Assembly (NCBI GenBank): GCA_949743895.1
Contig: CATJUX010000044.1
Span: forward strand, 3,850-67,849
Length of the DNA: 64,000 nucleotides
Origin: an uncultured Eubacteriales bacterium
Lineage (GTDB): Bacteria > Bacillota > Clostridia > Lachnospirales > Anaerotignaceae
Direction of reading: 5' to 3'
Below are positions 62,163 to 64,000 of the stretch, in pieces (the stretch's first letter is position 1; every line of letters begins with the position of its first letter). The notes under the pieces are model-generated. The model saw only the letters and a program-made list of their open reading frames with translations. It did not search any database and was not told the origin of the DNA. A program made the translations under genes and the position numbers.

Positions 62163-64000
62163 CTATTTTGAGAAAATGGATTTTATTTTTGAGAATATTT
62201 GTTTGAATATGTTTCCTATCCTTGTGAGAAAATTTCCTTCAGCATGAAAATCCTCGTCAACATTGACAGCTTCATCATCGTCATCAACAGTGATTTCTTC
62301 TGTTCTCAAAACGATTTGCACACTTTGTGGGGCAGGGTTGAGCGCCGATGTGAATGAAACTGGTTCAAGCGTTTCATCCATATTGAGGAACCCCATTTTG
62401 TCGCCGCTATATTCATCCCATTCATCATCTATGGTGTTTTTTATTGTGTCTTTGGCATTGCGTATTGTGTCGGTTTGGGCAAGGCCGTCAATTGATGATG
62501 ACAATGCACTTATTGTTCCGCTCAAAAGTGAAGCTGTTCCGGCATCAAGGCTGTCACTGCTTTGGCGTGCCACGGCATTTGCTGTTGAGAGAAACTCTTG
62601 TGTGCTGTCTATGCCCTCTATGGCGCTTTCAACAAAGCTTTTGGCGTCAGAGGCTGTTTGTTCGGCTCCAGCTTCATGTTCATTGAGCACATCAGTCAAT
62701 GAGGAACTGTCATCGATCAATGCTTCGGCAAGTGACAGCGAGTTGTTCAGGCTTTCCAAAAGTGCATTTGAATCCTCTGCAATGTTTGTGACGTCATCGC
62801 TGTGTGTTTCAATTGAGTTCATGTATGTGTCCAAAAGGCTCAAAGAAGCATTGAGGTCATCAACAAGAACTTGGGCGCTTGAAGACAGTTCGCCGAGATA
62901 TGAAAGTGTGTCGCCGGTTTCTGACGTGAGCGCGCTTCCGGCGGCGCTCAAAGAATTCAGTGTGCTGTTGACCTCTGAAATTTTGCTGTTGACCATGGCT
63001 ATCATCATATCAGTTTTTGGATCAAGCCCTCCTGTGTCGGCCATTGGAGAAAGGCCGCTTATTGAAGGCATTGAGCTCATTGAGCCGCCAAGGGACAAGC
63101 TTAAATCGGCAAGAACACCGCTCAAAATTTCCAAATCTTTTTTTGTCTGTTCTGTCAAGCTTTGTCTTAACTCAGAGTTTTCATCCATTTCAAGAACCAT
63201 TGTTTTGAGGCCCTCTATATCAGTTCTGATGTTTTCGATTGATGTTTTTGCGTCAGAAATTATAGGCTTGAAATCATTGGCCGTGTTTGTCATTTGATTG
63301 AGGCTTGAATTTGTGTCAATCAACAGTTTTTTTGTGTTTTCCAAATGTTCTGTGAATGGCTTTGAGGCTTCAGAGATTTTTTTGAGGCTTTCTATTGCTG
63401 TGTCAGCCTCGTCAAGCAAATTGTCTTTTTCACTGCTCATTATGGCTCTTGCGTTGTCAAGCTCTCTGAGGCCGCGGGAAGTTTCGTCAAGGCCGCTTTT
63501 GAGGCCGTTCATTGTGTCAAGGAGTATGTCAAGGCTGTCGTTCATGGCGTCAGCAGAATCCTCAATTTTTTCTTTGCTTTCTCTCAGCTTGCGTATATCC
63601 TCAATTTGGGAAAGCTTTCCGGGAACCATCATCATCATCAGCCCATTGAACGAGAAGTCGTTAGAGCCGATTTTGAGTGTGAAATGCTGTTCTTCCGAGG
63701 GCATAACCATAAACACAACAGCCTTTATGTTGCCAAGGGTTTGAATTTGAGCGCCTTCGGCTTCGACACTGAGGTTTTCATCCATGTTGACAGTTGCAGC
63801 TATTTGAAGAATCATGTTGTTTTTGAAATATTCACTTGTTTTTTCGTTTGGAACGGCATCAATGCTTATTTCAACAAGTCCTTTTTCTCCCGCAAGCTCA
63901 TCGGCATTTTTTTCAACGCCATTCAGCTTGTATGAAACGTCTATATTCCATGGAAGCTCTACAGCATCGTTTTTCATTTTTCCTTCGAAATAGAACCGAT
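62163..64000 (-). CDS. Large coiled-coil hypothetical protein (YhgE/Pip-like), 5' end outside the window
   Basis: The frame stays open to the window edge (RFYFEGK-MKND...); LPWNIDVSYKLNG N-domain, long heptad repeats, PVSFTS..N..PQSVQIVLRTEEI C-terminal motif. Confidence 0.7.
   Translation of the reverse strand, partial: RFYFEGKMKNDAVELPWNIDVSYKLNGVEKNADELAGEKGLVEISIDAVPNEKTSEYFKNNMILQIAATVNMDENLSVEAEGAQIQTLGNIKAVVFMVMPSEEQHFTLKIGSNDFSFNGLMMMMVPGKLSQIEDIRKLRESKEKIEDSADAMNDSLDILLDTMNGLKSGLDETSRGLRELDNARAIMSSEKDNLLDEADTAIESLKKISEASKPFTEHLENTKKLLIDTNSSLNQMTNTANDFKPIISDAKTSIENIRTDIEGLKTMVLEMDENSELRQSLTEQTKKDLEILSGVLADLSLSLGGSMSSMPSISGLSPMADTGGLDPKTDMMIAMVNSKISEVNSTLNSLSAAGSALTSETGDTLSYLGELSSSAQVLVDDLNASLSLLDTYMNSIETHSDDVTNIAEDSNALLESLNNSLSLAEALIDDSSSLTDVLNEHEAGAEQTASDAKSFVESAIEGIDSTQEFLSTANAVARQSSDSLDAGTASLLSGTISALSSSIDGLAQTDTIRNAKDTIKNTIDDEWDEYSGDKMGFLNMDETLEPVSFTSALNPAPQSVQIVLRTEEITVDDDDEAVNVDEDFHAEGNFLTRIGNIFKQIFSKIKSIFSK

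Noticed and set aside
62263-63297. 344-aa + strand ORF
   Set aside because: Antisense shadow of the coiled-coil gene; Ser-rich low-complexity translation; no SD or recognisable domain.

Overview
Chromosomal window from a spore-forming, anaerobic low-GC Firmicute (Clostridia; gene content and order resemble Lachnospirales, which is an inference). It is mostly housekeeping and metabolic. Contents in order: 3' part of prfB with its programmed +1 frameshift; rluA-family, NTP-transferase and beta-hydroxyacid dehydrogenase genes; an orphan ROK regulator divergent from a complete Na+-type V/A-ATPase operon; an Asn-specifier T-box driving a non-discriminating-type aspS; a Cys-less TlpA-like lipoprotein; the TIGR03960/TIGR03936/Rne-Rng cluster; purMND; an hfsABCD-like sensory [FeFe]-hydrogenase operon; spoVAA-AB; rdgB; five tRNAs; a polar amino-acid ABC transporter; PFOR; smpB-ssrA; rlmH-yycJ-murA; a DEAD-box helicase; cwlD; crt; terD; MATE; an OmpR/HK two-component locus with a VanY-family peptidase; spore coat/cortex genes; a YmfI-like SDR; the canonical aspS; and a truncated coiled-coil gene. 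I saw no CRISPR array, transposase, integrase or prophage. The most notable signals are (i) 11-bp-phased GATACA repeats with identical promoter geometry upstream of both the response regulator and the vanY-like gene, defining a small putative cell-wall regulon next to tRNA-Pro, (ii) a discriminating/non-discriminating AspRS pair with an Asn T-box but no adjacent gatCAB, (iii) a thioredoxin-fold lipoprotein with no CXXC, and (iv) a tRNA-Leu(UAG) with G54 and A37. Family assignments come from motif recognition by eye; no database searches were run.
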